From: a virus
IMG/VR virus record: IMGVR_UViG_3300043449_002204
Span: 13,736 to 77,735 of that record
DNA: 64,000 nt
Strand: one strand, 5' to 3'
Shown: positions 29,589 through 39,946 of the stretch, piece by piece
Numbering within the stretch: position 1 is the stretch's first letter
Layout: every line of letters begins with the position of its first letter
Notes under the pieces: model-generated
What the model saw: only the letters and a program-made list of their open reading frames with translations
Told to the model about the DNA's origin: nothing
The model's database searches: none
Position numbers and translations under genes: made by a program

Positions 29589-30047
29589 TTAAATATTAAT
29601 TATAACAAAATCACTACTATTAAAAACACTATCTGTAATTACATAGTCGATTCTTACAACTGCCGTATGTTCCATTTGTCCAATACCAGGTACTCTATAA
29701 ACTTTTTCACCATCGTCATTAACATACTCACCTTTACCTTCCTCACCTTCAGATGCCGCTTTAACAGAAATACTTGTTAAAGTTAGGTTAGGTAGATACT
29801 GTTGTACAGACTCTCGTATTTCCGCTTCTATTTCAGAAAAAGTTGGTCCATCTAATGGTTCGAAAATAAATTCATATAACCTTGTTCCAAAATCAGGTAA
29901 AAAATACCTTGAGCCCTTTCTAGTTAATAAAAGATGAATTAAATCTGTTCTTATTTCTTCATCCGCAGTTTGAGATAATGACAAATATTTACCCGTTTTA
30001 GAATCAACGAATGGGAAATTTATACCGTATGTATTACCTAATGCCAT
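29589..30047 (-). CDS. Baseplate wedge/sheath initiator (T4 gp25 / GPW-like)
   Basis: LLLTRKGSRYFLPDFGTRLYEFIFEP is the gp25 signature. Confidence 0.92.
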   Translation of the reverse strand: MALGNTYGINFPFVDSKTGKYLSLSQTADEEIRTDLIHLLLTRKGSRYFLPDFGTRLYEFIFEPLDGPTFSEIEAEIRESVQQYLPNLTLTSISVKAASEGEEGKGEYVNDDGEKVYRVPGIGQMEHTAVVRIDYVITDSVFNSSDFVIINI

Positions 30048-30059
30048 TTGTTATAAATA

Positions 30060-30683
30060 TTACTCTATCTCATTTATATTATAATAGTAGCAATCACCGT
30101 CCTCAGCGACCCACCTATCAGATAAAGTTTCAACCGAAGGTAAATCAGTATCCACTTTTATTTCTTTTGGTTCTATTGGAAACTTATTTGTTACCCAATT
30201 TGAGTCCTTCCAAAATATTCTATTATTTGGTTGACATAATAGATATCCATCATCAGCAATTAATATATGACCACACTTATAATCTGATGGTTCGTCAGAA
30301 TATGAATTTCTATACCAATCAACAGTCATTAAATATGTTGCCCAAATTTTTGACCCATCTCTTAAAACAACCTGACATCTTTTTTCATATAGATATTCAT
30401 AAGTTGTAACTGCAACGTTTTCAGAAAAACAATCCCAAAGTTGTTTAAAATGAAAAGGTATATCATTATCAGGTTCTTTGATGAATATTTCAGAAATAGG
30501 AACCCTTGACCTTAACATACCGTAATCGGTCATTATATGAAATGTCAAAATTTTACCGGCAATGGATTGAATTGCAAAAGCGTACGCTTTATGAAATTTA
30601 TTATCATCTTCAGGATTTTTTGTAAAATGTGAGACTCTAACCAAACACTTAAACAATTCAATGTTTTCATTATATACTGCCAT
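30060..30683 (-). CDS. Phage hypothetical protein (start revised to MAVYNEN)
   Basis: The track start (30764) overlaps nrdA and spans a terminator. The ATG at 30683 lies 4 nt after the TATTTAT motif. QLWDCFS, YLMTVDW and QPNNRIFW look like a recurrent aquatic-phage family. Confidence 0.65.
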   Translation of the reverse strand: MAVYNENIELFKCLVRVSHFTKNPEDDNKFHKAYAFAIQSIAGKILTFHIMTDYGMLRSRVPISEIFIKEPDNDIPFHFKQLWDCFSENVAVTTYEYLYEKRCQVVLRDGSKIWATYLMTVDWYRNSYSDEPSDYKCGHILIADDGYLLCQPNNRIFWKDSNWVTNKFPIEPKEIKVDTDLPSVETLSDRWVAEDGDCYYYNINEIE

Positions 30684-30702
30684 ATTAATAAATATCTTAA
30701 AC

Positions 30703-30729
30703 AAAAAAATCCCGATTTCTCGGGATTTT
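30703..30729 (-). terminator. Intrinsic terminator after nrdA
   Basis: Stem aaaatcccga/tcgggatttt with a 4-nt loop and a U-tract on the minus strand, 3 nt past the nrdA stop. Confidence 0.8.
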
Positions 30730-30732
30730 ATT

Positions 30733-33165
30733 TTATGAGGAACATCCAAAACAATCAAATTCACTATTTGCCGGTTTTGGTGGTAAATTCATATGACTAT
30801 AATCAACCTTTGGTGGTTCAGGTGTTACATTTGGTTTTGATGTTTTTGATATATCTACCGCCAAGTGTTTTGCCCCTGTTGAAATCGCCTTTGTTCTAAC
30901 ATAATAACAAAGTGTTTTCAATCCTTTTTCCCAACCATAAAAGTGTGATGATGAAATCTTTGATAGAGTTGGATTAGACATATAGATATTCATTGACTGT
31001 GATTGGTCAATAAACGGAGCTCTATCGGCCGCCATCTCAATTAATTCCTTTTGTGAAATTTCCCAAATTGTTTTGTACTTAGGAATTAAGTGTTCGATTC
31101 TTTTAACTTTTTTATTGTATTGTTTATCTTCCGCGTCGAGATAATTGTTAAAATTAATTCCTTGTACCGAACCTTCATTAAGAATGATTTCATTCTTTAA
31201 GTCCTCACACCAGATTCCAATCTTTTCAAAGTCATTAATCAAATACTTGTTAACAATCATAATCTCACCTCCAACCACACGTCGATTAAATATAGCCGAG
31301 TGAGCCGGTTCTGTCATTTCATATGAACCTGTAATTTTGGCTGATGAAGCGACAGGCATTTGAGCAGTGAATAAAGAGTTACAAACACCATAATCTTTAA
31401 CTTCTTCCTTTAATGAGTTCCAATCCCATCTTCCTGATAAATCACCTTCATTGAGTCCCCACATATCAAATTGGAATATTCCTTCTGACATTGGCGAGCC
31501 ATTAAAGAAATCATATGGTTTATATTCTTCTGACTTACATAAACGACAACTTTCAGTAATTGCCGCAAAATAAATTGTTTCAAATATTTCTTTATTCAGT
31601 TTCTTAGCCTCTTCTGATGTGAATATATAATCCATCAAATAGAAAACATCGGCAAGTCCTTGAGTTCCAATGGCAATTGCTCTTTGTTCACGACCACCCT
31701 TGTTTCCTTTTTCAGTTGAGTAGTTGTTAATGTCTACAACTTTGTTGAGGGCTCTAACAACTTTACGAGTTTCTTCATATAACAACTGGTGGTCAAATGT
31801 TCCATCTTTAATGAAGTTCTTTAATACCATAGATGACAACGTACAAATCGCAGTTGTGTTCTCATCTGTATATTGGTAAATCTCATTACAAAGATTTGAC
31901 TGTTTGATTACACCAATATTTTGGTGGTTTGTCTTTTTGTTTGCATTGTCCTTTGAGCAAAGATATGGGACGCCAGTTTCAATTTGTGACTCAATAATCT
32001 TTGACCAAATTTCTTGTGCCTTAACTTTTTTACCAAGTCCTAATTGAACTGCTTTATTATAGTTTTCTTCGTATTCATCACCGTAACATTCTTGGAGAGG
32101 TTTGACACCAGCTTTCTTAATATCATTAGGACAGAACAAATACCAATCACCGTTGTTTTTAACAGCTCTCATAAAGTTATCAGGAATCCAAAGTGCGGTA
32201 AATAAGTCACGGGCTCTTAACTCTTCTGCCCCTGTATTCTTTTTAATATCCAAAAGGTCAAAAATATCTTTGTGCCAAGGTTCCAAATAAATTGCGGCTG
32301 AACCTGGTCTGCGTCCTTGTTGATTAAAGAATCGAAGTGATTCATTAACAATTTTTAAATATTTTAAAAGTCCACCAGCATATCCACCTGAAGATGAAAT
32401 ACGACTTTCTTTACTGCGAATATTCGACATAGAAAGACCAATACCCGCAGCATCTGATGAGTAGGTTGAAATATCCCTCATCGTATTCAATAGTCCTTCT
32501 CGTGAATCTGAATCATTATAATGAAGAACACAAGATGCAAGTTGTGGAACTTTTGTGCCGGCATTAATCATAATCGGTGTTGCCGGTGAAATAAGCTGAC
32601 TTGATAATGACTTATAATATTCAACCGCCTCATCAAATGATTTAGTAACCCAAATCGCAACACGCATATACATATGTTGTGGACGTTCAACTGTTTTACC
32701 ATCTGGTAATTTTAAAAGATACATCTCTTGTAATGACCTCCAAGCAAAGTAATCAAAATTATAATCATTGTCATGATTAATAACCTCATCGATGTTTGAT
32801 GGGCCGTAACTCTCAATCATTTCCATAAATTTATCATTTACAATACCATCCACATGTAACGCGTGCATTGTGTTTGAAAAACTTGGGTTGGTTTCTTTAT
32901 GGTATGATGATATTGCAACCGATGAAGCAAGACGAGAATAATCGTGATGACTACCTGTATAAGCCGCAGCTATCTCATAGACTAATTTGTCCAATTCTTT
33001 TGTGGTAATTTCTCCTTCAGTCGGTACCGAAGTAATCACCTTAATAAAGATTTCATCTGAATTTACATTCAGACCTTTTGCCGCCCTTTTAATACGGTGA
33101 TATATTTTCTGTGGGTTAAAAGACGCATCTTCCCCACCTCTTTTTTTAATTTTTAGTGACATCAT
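30733..33165 (-). CDS. nrdA: Class Ia ribonucleotide reductase large subunit with ATP cone
   Basis: N-terminal ATP cone (IKKRGG..F..KI), SPATP, QLASC, QGRRPG, catalytic SNLCNEI, MPVASS, LKTLCYY and C-terminal CxxC (CFGC). Confidence 0.97.
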   Translation of the reverse strand: MMSLKIKKRGGEDASFNPQKIYHRIKRAAKGLNVNSDEIFIKVITSVPTEGEITTKELDKLVYEIAAAYTGSHHDYSRLASSVAISSYHKETNPSFSNTMHALHVDGIVNDKFMEMIESYGPSNIDEVINHDNDYNFDYFAWRSLQEMYLLKLPDGKTVERPQHMYMRVAIWVTKSFDEAVEYYKSLSSQLISPATPIMINAGTKVPQLASCVLHYNDSDSREGLLNTMRDISTYSSDAAGIGLSMSNIRSKESRISSSGGYAGGLLKYLKIVNESLRFFNQQGRRPGSAAIYLEPWHKDIFDLLDIKKNTGAEELRARDLFTALWIPDNFMRAVKNNGDWYLFCPNDIKKAGVKPLQECYGDEYEENYNKAVQLGLGKKVKAQEIWSKIIESQIETGVPYLCSKDNANKKTNHQNIGVIKQSNLCNEIYQYTDENTTAICTLSSMVLKNFIKDGTFDHQLLYEETRKVVRALNKVVDINNYSTEKGNKGGREQRAIAIGTQGLADVFYLMDYIFTSEEAKKLNKEIFETIYFAAITESCRLCKSEEYKPYDFFNGSPMSEGIFQFDMWGLNEGDLSGRWDWNSLKEEVKDYGVCNSLFTAQMPVASSAKITGSYEMTEPAHSAIFNRRVVGGEIMIVNKYLINDFEKIGIWCEDLKNEIILNEGSVQGINFNNYLDAEDKQYNKKVKRIEHLIPKYKTIWEISQKELIEMAADRAPFIDQSQSMNIYMSNPTLSKISSSHFYGWEKGLKTLCYYVRTKAISTGAKHLAVDISKTSKPNVTPEPPKVDYSHMNLPPKPANSEFDCFGCSS

Positions 33166-33184
33166 AGTTTATAAAAATAACAAA

Positions 33185-34132
33185 TTAAAAGTCATCGGTA
33201 AAGGACAAAGTTTCATTCAACTTTGCTTTTTGATATTCAACTGTTCTTGATTCAAAGAAATTACCTTTGGTCTCAACGGCAATTTGTTCCATGAATTTAA
33301 ATGGTTGCTCAACATTAAATTGTTTCTTACAACCCAACTTAACTAATAATCCATCAACAACAAATTCAAGGTATTGTTTCATTAAGTTTGAATTCATTCC
33401 AATTAGTGAAACAGGAAGTGACTCTGTGATAAATTCCTTCTCGATTTCAAGGGCCGACAATAGAATTTCTTTGATTCTCTTTTCACTTGGTTTGTCCTCA
33501 CAGTGATTATTCAAAAGGTGAATTGCGAAATCACAGTGAAGGTTCTCATCTTTAAAGATAAGTGAATTAGCATTACACAAACCTTGCATAAGTCCTCGTG
33601 ATTTTAACCAAAATATCGAACAAAATGACCCTGAAAAGAATATTCCTTCAACCGCGGCAAATGCCACAAGTCTTTCTTGGAATGATGCATTGGTAATCCA
33701 ATCAAGTGCCCACTTTGCTTTTTTCTGAACTGCGGGAAGTCTATCAATTGCATTGAAACATTCGTCTTTTTCTTTTGGATTTGACACATATGTATCAATC
33801 AAAAGTGAATACATTAAACTGTGAATGTTCTCCATCGCTAGTTGCATTCCGTAAAAGAATTTAGCTTCGGGATATTGTACTTCTCGGTAGAAATTTTCTG
33901 CCAAGTTTTCATTAACAATACCGTCCGATGCGGCGAAGAATGATAAAACATTCTTTACAAAGAATTGTTCGTTTTCAGATAAGTTTTCCCAATCTCGGAT
34001 ATCTCCCGACAAATCAACTTCCTCAGCTGTCCAAAATGCCGCTTGGTGCATTTTATAATATTCCCATATATCGTTATGTTCGATAGGAAATATCACAAAC
34101 CTATTAGGGTTCTCTACTAAAATCTTTTCCAT
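33185..34132 (-). CDS. nrdB: Class Ia ribonucleotide reductase small subunit
   Basis: Motifs [43 protein letters not shown] and NFFESR. Confidence 0.97.
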   Translation of the reverse strand: MEKILVENPNRFVIFPIEHNDIWEYYKMHQAAFWTAEEVDLSGDIRDWENLSENEQFFVKNVLSFFAASDGIVNENLAENFYREVQYPEAKFFYGMQLAMENIHSLMYSLLIDTYVSNPKEKDECFNAIDRLPAVQKKAKWALDWITNASFQERLVAFAAVEGIFFSGSFCSIFWLKSRGLMQGLCNANSLIFKDENLHCDFAIHLLNNHCEDKPSEKRIKEILLSALEIEKEFITESLPVSLIGMNSNLMKQYLEFVVDGLLVKLGCKKQFNVEQPFKFMEQIAVETKGNFFESRTVEYQKAKLNETLSFTDDF

Positions 34133-34137
34133 ATTAA

Positions 34138-35520
34138 TTAATTATTTTGTTGTTCTCTTTGTTTTCTTTTTTCGAGCAAATCTTTGATTCGCTGTCTGTT
34201 GTTTTCCTCTTTTTGTTCTTCAAGTCCCAAGAATGTTACGGAACTTTCGGTATCAATCTCTAACATACCGTTATCGAACTTACAATTTTCAAACACAATA
34301 CCATCGTCACCAATTCTTGATTTGGTTATTGCAATTGTGGCGAGTTTCATCTCTTTTTGTTGTAGTGTTTTTGCAACAGAGATAATAACGTGACCAACTT
34401 GGGCTTTTTTAATTGACCCACCCATTTGGTCTGTTGTTACAACCTCTGATGATATAGAACTTCTATTACCCTGTGTTGCCGTCCACCCAACTAGATTCAA
34501 CTCGTGACACATCGCCTCAAACCCTCTCATAACTGAACCTTCACTTTTCCACTCATCACCCAAATTCTTATCGGGAACTATACAATCAATGTAATCCAAA
34601 ACTATCATGTCTAATTTAACTCCATCTGCAATCATCTTACGAATTTGGTTTTTGATTTGCAGTATTGTTAAAGTATCAGATGGTAGTTTCTTTAAAATGA
34701 GACGGTTTTCCATCTTACTCTGTACCTCTCTAACCTTATCCATTACCTCATCTTTCTTATTTGATAACTCATCAGGGTGGACTTTTGTCCAAAGTGTGAT
34801 GTGTTTACGTTGGATAATTTTTGGATTATCCTCAAAGAATATTTGAAGTACATTGTATCCCAAATTAAATGCGTGGTTTGATATTTTGGTTAAGAATGTA
34901 GACTTACCTACTCCTGTGGGGGCTAAGATAACACCTAATTCTCCTTTTGCCAAACCTCCCTTTAACAATCTGTCAATACCAGGTATTCCCATTGGGATTG
35001 GATGACGATAGTCTTCGTTAAGTACATCGTCCAAATTAGAAAATACATCTGACATACCATCTTCACGTTCTCCAACTTGTAGCGCTTCTCTAACTAGTTC
35101 TTCGAGTTTATCGTAACTCTCAAACTCACCCCCATCAATAACTTTTTGAGCCTTTGTAATTGCTTTTTGAAGTTCTTGTTGTTTGCAGAATTTAAGTGCC
35201 TTTTCTTGTACAAATTGAGAACCTTCAATTGGACATTCTTTAATTTTTGTAATTGTATCTAATACAATTTTGGATGCTAGTTCTTGCTGTAATTCTGATT
35301 TGGTTATTTGCTCTAACGTATCGAATGTTGGTACGTGTTCGTATTTTGAATGGTACTCCTTAATCATTTGCAAGATGATTTTGAAGTACTTATTTTCAAA
35401 ATATTGTTGTTCTATAACGTCAATTATTGACCTTCCAAAATCCTTGTCAACGATGATTTGGTTTATTAGTTGTACCTGAAATGAAGAACCCAAATAATCG
35501 AAATTTTTGTTTGACGCCAT
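34138..35520 (-). CDS. dnaB: Replicative DnaB-like (T4 gp41-like) helicase
   Basis: [10 protein letters not shown], Walker A APTGVGKS, Walker [16 protein letters not shown] and arginine finger KSR. Confidence 0.92.
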   Translation of the reverse strand: MASNKNFDYLGSSFQVQLINQIIVDKDFGRSIIDVIEQQYFENKYFKIILQMIKEYHSKYEHVPTFDTLEQITKSELQQELASKIVLDTITKIKECPIEGSQFVQEKALKFCKQQELQKAITKAQKVIDGGEFESYDKLEELVREALQVGEREDGMSDVFSNLDDVLNEDYRHPIPMGIPGIDRLLKGGLAKGELGVILAPTGVGKSTFLTKISNHAFNLGYNVLQIFFEDNPKIIQRKHITLWTKVHPDELSNKKDEVMDKVREVQSKMENRLILKKLPSDTLTILQIKNQIRKMIADGVKLDMIVLDYIDCIVPDKNLGDEWKSEGSVMRGFEAMCHELNLVGWTATQGNRSSISSEVVTTDQMGGSIKKAQVGHVIISVAKTLQQKEMKLATIAITKSRIGDDGIVFENCKFDNGMLEIDTESSVTFLGLEEQKEENNRQRIKDLLEKRKQREQQNN

Positions 35521-35549
35521 AAGAAATAAATTGTTGTGTTAGATAAATA

Positions 35550-36002
35550 TTAGGGTTTCAGAGTAATTCCAGCGTACTCGTAAGTTAAATTTTTCGACGA
35601 AAAAATGTCAGTCAAAGTCGAAAGCAAACTTTTTATGTGAGGACGGATGTCTACGGTGTATCTTATTTTAGGTGGGAAAATTTTAGCGTCGATATGATGC
35701 TGACAAATTGTCATATCGCCTTGTCTAATAAAGATGTTGAAATGCTCTGGACCGTCAGTATATGACGTGTCGAGGAGTGAAGGATTACTTTGAATCTCAT
35801 AAGAATTTTCAAGCATGTAATCAATTGTTTTCATCTTCAACTGATTAAGGAACATACCTTTAAACTCGTTGAGATACTCCAACAATTCCGCCGAATACTT
35901 CGCGTCATAATTGTAATCTCTAACATTAAAAAATCTCTGAACGATGATGTTATCATTAACCATCATCAAAAACTCCAACTTGGTTGAATCTTGCTCTTTC
36001 AT
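35550..36002 (-). CDS. Hypothetical protein in the replication block
   Basis: 150-aa ORF between the exonuclease and helicase genes. Confidence 0.6.
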   Translation of the reverse strand: MKEQDSTKLEFLMMVNDNIIVQRFFNVRDYNYDAKYSAELLEYLNEFKGMFLNQLKMKTIDYMLENSYEIQSNPSLLDTSYTDGPEHFNIFIRQGDMTICQHHIDAKIFPPKIRYTVDIRPHIKSLLSTLTDIFSSKNLTYEYAGITLKP

Positions 36003-36008
36003 AAAAAT

Positions 36009-37013
36009 TTACTTTTTGGTTTTAAATTGCTTTTTTTCTTTTCTTGTTAATTTCATAAACGGTTTTACGAAGTTTACCCACGCTTCGTCGTGTTTTGGGA
36101 GAAATTTAAAGAACCCATCATCCATCATCATTCGGATTAGGTTTCTGTGTCCTCTTCCCTCAGGGTCTAATGTTTCACTATAATATAATTTAACGATTTC
36201 CTTACCTTCCTCTGTGATTAACGGATTAGACAAATCCACGATTTTGTTGTTAATCTCAAAAAATTCATTTCCATAGATACCTGATTTTGTTTTACCTGAA
36301 AGTAAGTTTTGTAAAATTTTGTTTTCTTTGTCCTCGGTTAATAATACCTCGGCTCTTGTTAAAATATCGTTAAAAGAAACCTCACGGTCAAGTATCTCAG
36401 GAAATAATTTAACTAAAGTTTTTTCACCCAAATAATAGATACCATCAATGTTATCTGATTTATCACCTGATATTATCTTATACGTTTTAACATTATAGTG
36501 GGGTATCTCAACCTCGTGTAGTTTGATAAAATCACCTTTTTTATAGGTTAATCTTTTACTAGGTGAGTATATAGACACGTTTTGTGATATAAGCTGTGTT
36601 AGGTCTTTATCACTCGAGAAAATGGTTATAATCTCGTCGTTTGCAATCTGACAATAATACGCAATAAGGTCATCCGCCTCATTGTTATTAATATCAACCT
36701 GACGAACAAACATCTCTTCAAGATATTGTTTTACTCTATGCTTTTGTTCGTAAAACGATTCTTCTTTAAAGTCATAACCAGGTTTTCTGTTCTCCTTGTA
36801 TTGGGGGTAAATTATTTTTCTTGTGAGGGAACTACCTTCACCATCCCAAAACACAACTACTTTATCAAAGTTTTCTTCTTCGATAAATCGTCGGGTAGTA
36901 TTTAGAAAATGCCAAATACCCCCAACGTGTTTACCTTCGTGAAATAAATCTTTCACACCGTGAAATCCAATTTTTAATAAATTGTTTCCGTCAATTAATA
37001 ATGTTTTGGTCAC
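36009..37013 (-). CDS. 5'-3' exonuclease / flap endonuclease (T4 RNase H, PolA N-terminal-like), GTG start
   Basis: Motifs LLIDGNN, VFWDG, YKENR, EADDLIA, SSDKDLTQL and GDKSDNIDGI..GEKT. Confidence 0.93.
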   Translation of the reverse strand: MTKTLLIDGNNLLKIGFHGVKDLFHEGKHVGGIWHFLNTTRRFIEEENFDKVVVFWDGEGSSLTRKIIYPQYKENRKPGYDFKEESFYEQKHRVKQYLEEMFVRQVDINNNEADDLIAYYCQIANDEIITIFSSDKDLTQLISQNVSIYSPSKRLTYKKGDFIKLHEVEIPHYNVKTYKIISGDKSDNIDGIYYLGEKTLVKLFPEILDREVSFNDILTRAEVLLTEDKENKILQNLLSGKTKSGIYGNEFFEINNKIVDLSNPLITEEGKEIVKLYYSETLDPEGRGHRNLIRMMMDDGFFKFLPKHDEAWVNFVKPFMKLTRKEKKQFKTKK

Positions 37014-37024
37014 CTTTTATTTGG

Positions 37025-38035
37025 TTAAGGTTCTACTTCTTCTTTCAAATCAAAATCTAAGTCAGACACGCCCAAAATATCTTTCCAATATTCAGCATGT
37101 TCTTTTTTGTAATTTTCAATGGATGCCTTTTCTTCGGCAGGTTCTTTACCTGCCATAAATCCATGTGGTGTTACAATAATTTTACCATCCTCATACCCCA
37201 AACCATTGATGTGGTTTTTTAGTACAGATATTTTAGTACGAGTTGCAAACTTAACAGTTCTCTTATCTTTTGTGGCGGTAATCTTTGTGGTACCAGCACC
37301 TTTTTGATTACCAAACAAAAACACCAAAGATGAGTTCAACCAAATTGCTTCACCACCTTTTGCCTTAATTTTTGGTTGACCAAAAGGATTATCAGGTAAT
37401 TCAACCCAAGGCTGATTAACAATTACAAGTGTATTCTCAAATTTCGAGTCCGCTTTACGACTACCTGAGATTCGTTGGTTAATACCCATACCAATCTTGT
37501 CGGCAAGAACCGAAGCGTTGTGTTGTTTACCACCTTTACCTTCAAAAGTCATCTTACAAGGAACTGAACCAACTGAATCCCAAAGGAAAAGCAAACTGTA
37601 ATCCAATTCACCTTTTTCCTGAGCGTCCAACAAGTTGTTGATATATTCTGTAATTTGTTCGATATAATCGAAGTTATTGTTAAATAGATAAAATCCATCC
37701 CAATCAATTTCACCTGTTGATTCATCAACAACTTCTTCACACTGAAACCCCATAATACGAGCGTGTTCAAATGACCACTTTTGTTCGGTAATAATGAACA
37801 CAGGAAGAATTCCTTTTTTCTGAGCATCAACTGCCGCCTTTACAAGTGCAGTAGTTTTACCCGTATCAGAGTGACCCAAGAACATATTAATATGTCCTAT
37901 TGCCGGCCCTGGTATTCCAACCGCATCCAAAAATTCTGTACCCAAGTCAAAATATCTTTGAGGTTTATATTTTGCCGAAGTAGAGAATTTAGATTTGATT
38001 GAATCTAAACCTAATTCTTTTTTCTTAATTGCCAT
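37025..38035 (-). CDS. uvsX: RecA/UvsX-like recombinase
   Basis: Walker A GHSDTGKT, WDSVG, VNQ, KAKGGEA and KNH. Close to the gp32-like SSB gene. Confidence 0.88.
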   Translation of the reverse strand: MAIKKKELGLDSIKSKFSTSAKYKPQRYFDLGTEFLDAVGIPGPAIGHINMFLGHSDTGKTTALVKAAVDAQKKGILPVFIITEQKWSFEHARIMGFQCEEVVDESTGEIDWDGFYLFNNNFDYIEQITEYINNLLDAQEKGELDYSLLFLWDSVGSVPCKMTFEGKGGKQHNASVLADKIGMGINQRISGSRKADSKFENTLVIVNQPWVELPDNPFGQPKIKAKGGEAIWLNSSLVFLFGNQKGAGTTKITATKDKRTVKFATRTKISVLKNHINGLGYEDGKIIVTPHGFMAGKEPAEEKASIENYKKEHAEYWKDILGVSDLDFDLKEEVEP

Positions 38036-38249
38036 TGTTATCGATTTTAATTAGTGCTTGGATGATTTCCAATTTGTCTTTTGCATTGGCATACTTATCC
38101 AAAAATTTATCCATTTCTTCCAAGTGTTGTGGATGTTCTCCGATACCAACAGGATTGTTAAAATAGATTAATAATGTTGCTTCCGCCTCTGCGATTTCAG
38201 CCTCATATTTTTTTACGAGAGCTTTAAACATACTTTCCGCAATTTTCAT
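38025..38249 (-). CDS. Small phage hypothetical protein
   Basis: 74-aa helical ORF with NPVGIGEHP, a motif recalled from T4-like aquatic phages. Confidence 0.65.
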   Translation of the reverse strand: MKIAESMFKALVKKYEAEIAEAEATLLIYFNNPVGIGEHPQHLEEMDKFLDKYANAKDKLEIIQALIKIDNNGN

Positions 38250-38263
38250 AAAATAAAAGTTTT

Positions 38264-38302
38264 AAAAAAGCGTGGACACTATGTCTTTTCTAGTGTCCAC
38301 GC
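38264..38302 (-). terminator. Intrinsic terminator after the SSB gene
   Basis: Perfect 12-bp stem gcgtggacacta/tagtgtccacgc followed by U6 on the minus strand. Confidence 0.85.
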
Positions 38303-38311
38303 CAAAGTTTA

Positions 38312-39157
38312 TTAGAATGGTAAATCACCATCGGGTTCGTCTTCGGATTGTGGGTCAGAAATTCCACCACCAACAGACATAGTTTCTTCAACTGAATTGC
38401 CGTAAACATATTTTCCAGCGTCTGAATCCCAACGTGGAGTTTCACCACGAGCGATTGCTTCCAAATAATCTACCGGCTTTTTAGAATATACATCAGCCCA
38501 AGTAAGTTCATCATTAACCCAAGAATCAGAAATCTTCTTATCTTCATGTACCGCACTTGGGTCATCATACATAATCGTTTGGATTACTGTATAAGTCGCA
38601 CCCTTTGGGGTTTTTGCTTTGGTCATTTCAAGAATAATGTCACGACCTTTATCAGGGTCAGTAATATCACCTTTTGCTCTCCAAATCGGAATGATTTTGT
38701 CGAGAATACCCTCGTTCTTGTAATTGTGTTTGAAACGCCAGAACTTAACACCATCCTGTTCGTTATCACGGTCAATAACTTTTACAATATAAAACTTACG
38801 TGGCTTATATTGTTTTGCAAGTTCTTTGTCCGCTTCTTTACCAGTTGACATAAGTTCTTCATAAACTTCAGTCAAAGGAGAACGCTCGTTATCGTTTTTT
38901 CCAGGGTCGTAGATTTTATTCCACTTACCATCAACTTGAACTTCATGATACCATACTTCTTTGAATGGTGAGCTTCCGTCTTTTGTTGGAAGAATTCGGA
39001 GTCGTTTTTGACCTTGTTTTTCGCTGTCTTTGAGAATCGCAGCGAAATACTTTTTCATTCTTTCATCTTGTGACATTTTTGAGGTGTTAGATGAACCACC
39101 TTGACTTGCTTTTTCATACTGTGCAAGTACAGCATCTAAGGAATTGTTTGTCGCCAT
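38312..39157 (-). CDS. Single-stranded DNA-binding protein (T4 gp32-like)
   Basis: Motifs LRILP, VIDRD, VKFWRF and ITDPDKGRDI, with an acidic C-terminal tail ending DGDLPF. Confidence 0.85.
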   Translation of the reverse strand: MATNNSLDAVLAQYEKASQGGSSNTSKMSQDERMKKYFAAILKDSEKQGQKRLRILPTKDGSSPFKEVWYHEVQVDGKWNKIYDPGKNDNERSPLTEVYEELMSTGKEADKELAKQYKPRKFYIVKVIDRDNEQDGVKFWRFKHNYKNEGILDKIIPIWRAKGDITDPDKGRDIILEMTKAKTPKGATYTVIQTIMYDDPSAVHEDKKISDSWVNDELTWADVYSKKPVDYLEAIARGETPRWDSDAGKYVYGNSVEETMSVGGGISDPQSEDEPDGDLPF

Positions 39158-39183
39158 AATATAAAAATTTAAATTGTTTACTA

Positions 39184-39213
39184 AATATAAGTGTCAGCCG
39201 TAGTGTAGTCAAA
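39184..39213 (-). promoter_or_regulatory. Sigma70-like early/middle promoter for the replication block
   Basis: The minus strand reads TTTGACT-N17-TATATTTAG. It lies just downstream of a terminator and ~26 nt upstream of the SSB ATG. Confidence 0.6.
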
Positions 39214-39216
39214 TGT

Positions 39217-39242
39217 AAAAGGGGTCTTTTAAACCCCTTTTT
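39217..39242. terminator. Probable bidirectional intrinsic terminator closing the tail/hub operon
   Basis: aaaaggggt...acccctttt hairpin with A/T tracts on both sides, next to the stop of 39244..39942. Confidence 0.7.
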
Positions 39243-39243
39243 A

Positions 39244-39942
39244 TTATCTAATTTGTTTAAAATCTTGTATGCCATTTTCATTCTCATCATCAAAGTTTCT
39301 AAAACTTTTTTTGATTTCATTTGGGGAATACCCTTCAACTTCATCCGAAGTTAGAACATAGTCATTTTTCCCTGTTTTTTCAAGCTCCTCTTGTTTGTCA
39401 TCAAAAAACTGCGATAGCTTTTGATTGAATGGACCTGAATCTAAACTTCTAAGTTCCAATTTTTCTTCAGGAGTTTTTGGTCTATACTTTTCAACTTTCA
39501 TCTCCAAGTCATTCAATTTACTAACAATTGAATCCATATTACCAAGTTTTGATTCTAAGTCTTCAAGATGTTTGAATAGGTTATCAAAATATTCTTCTTG
39601 TTTTTTCTCAACGTTTTGTTGTGACTTAACAAGGTCTGTTATTTCGAGTTCTTTACTACCTTTATCTTTCTCACCACCAACTTTTTCAACATCAGGGTCT
39701 GCCTCAACATCTACAGGTTGTGGTTCAGCCGCGGCTGCCGGTGGTGCTGGTGGAGCTCCTGCAGCTGCAGGGTCACCAGGAGGTGGAGGTAATGCCGCCC
39801 CCGCCGCTGGGTCGCCGGGAGGGGGTGGTAATGCCGCGGCCGGGTCTTCCGCCGGAGGTGGTGGAACATCTTGTTCCATTATATATCGATTGATATTATT
39901 ATACCTTTTAATTTCTTCTAAAATTTTATTATCGATTGACAT
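39244..39942 (-). CDS. Pro/Ala-rich, acidic coiled-coil protein (possible head scaffold or internal protein)
   Basis: 232 aa with (L)PPPPGDPAA repeats and a heptad region LFKHLEDLESKLGNMDSIVSKLNDLEMKV. Confidence 0.65.
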   Translation of the reverse strand: MSIDNKILEEIKRYNNINRYIMEQDVPPPPAEDPAAALPPPPGDPAAGAALPPPPGDPAAAGAPPAPPAAAAEPQPVDVEADPDVEKVGGEKDKGSKELEITDLVKSQQNVEKKQEEYFDNLFKHLEDLESKLGNMDSIVSKLNDLEMKVEKYRPKTPEEKLELRSLDSGPFNQKLSQFFDDKQEELEKTGKNDYVLTSDEVEGYSPNEIKKSFRNFDDENENGIQDFKQIR

Positions 39943-39946
39943 GTTA

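Noticed and set aside
30733-34132. Eukaryotic giant virus origin suggested by the eukaryote-like RNR and SNF2
   Set aside because: The sheath, tube and baseplate genes, operonic coupling and intrinsic terminators indicate a bacteriophage. This RNR subclass also occurs in Bacteroidota.
30733-38035. Inteins or introns in nrdA, nrdB, dnaB or recA
   Set aside because: Lengths are normal, motifs are contiguous, and no splice-junction or homing endonuclease motifs were seen.
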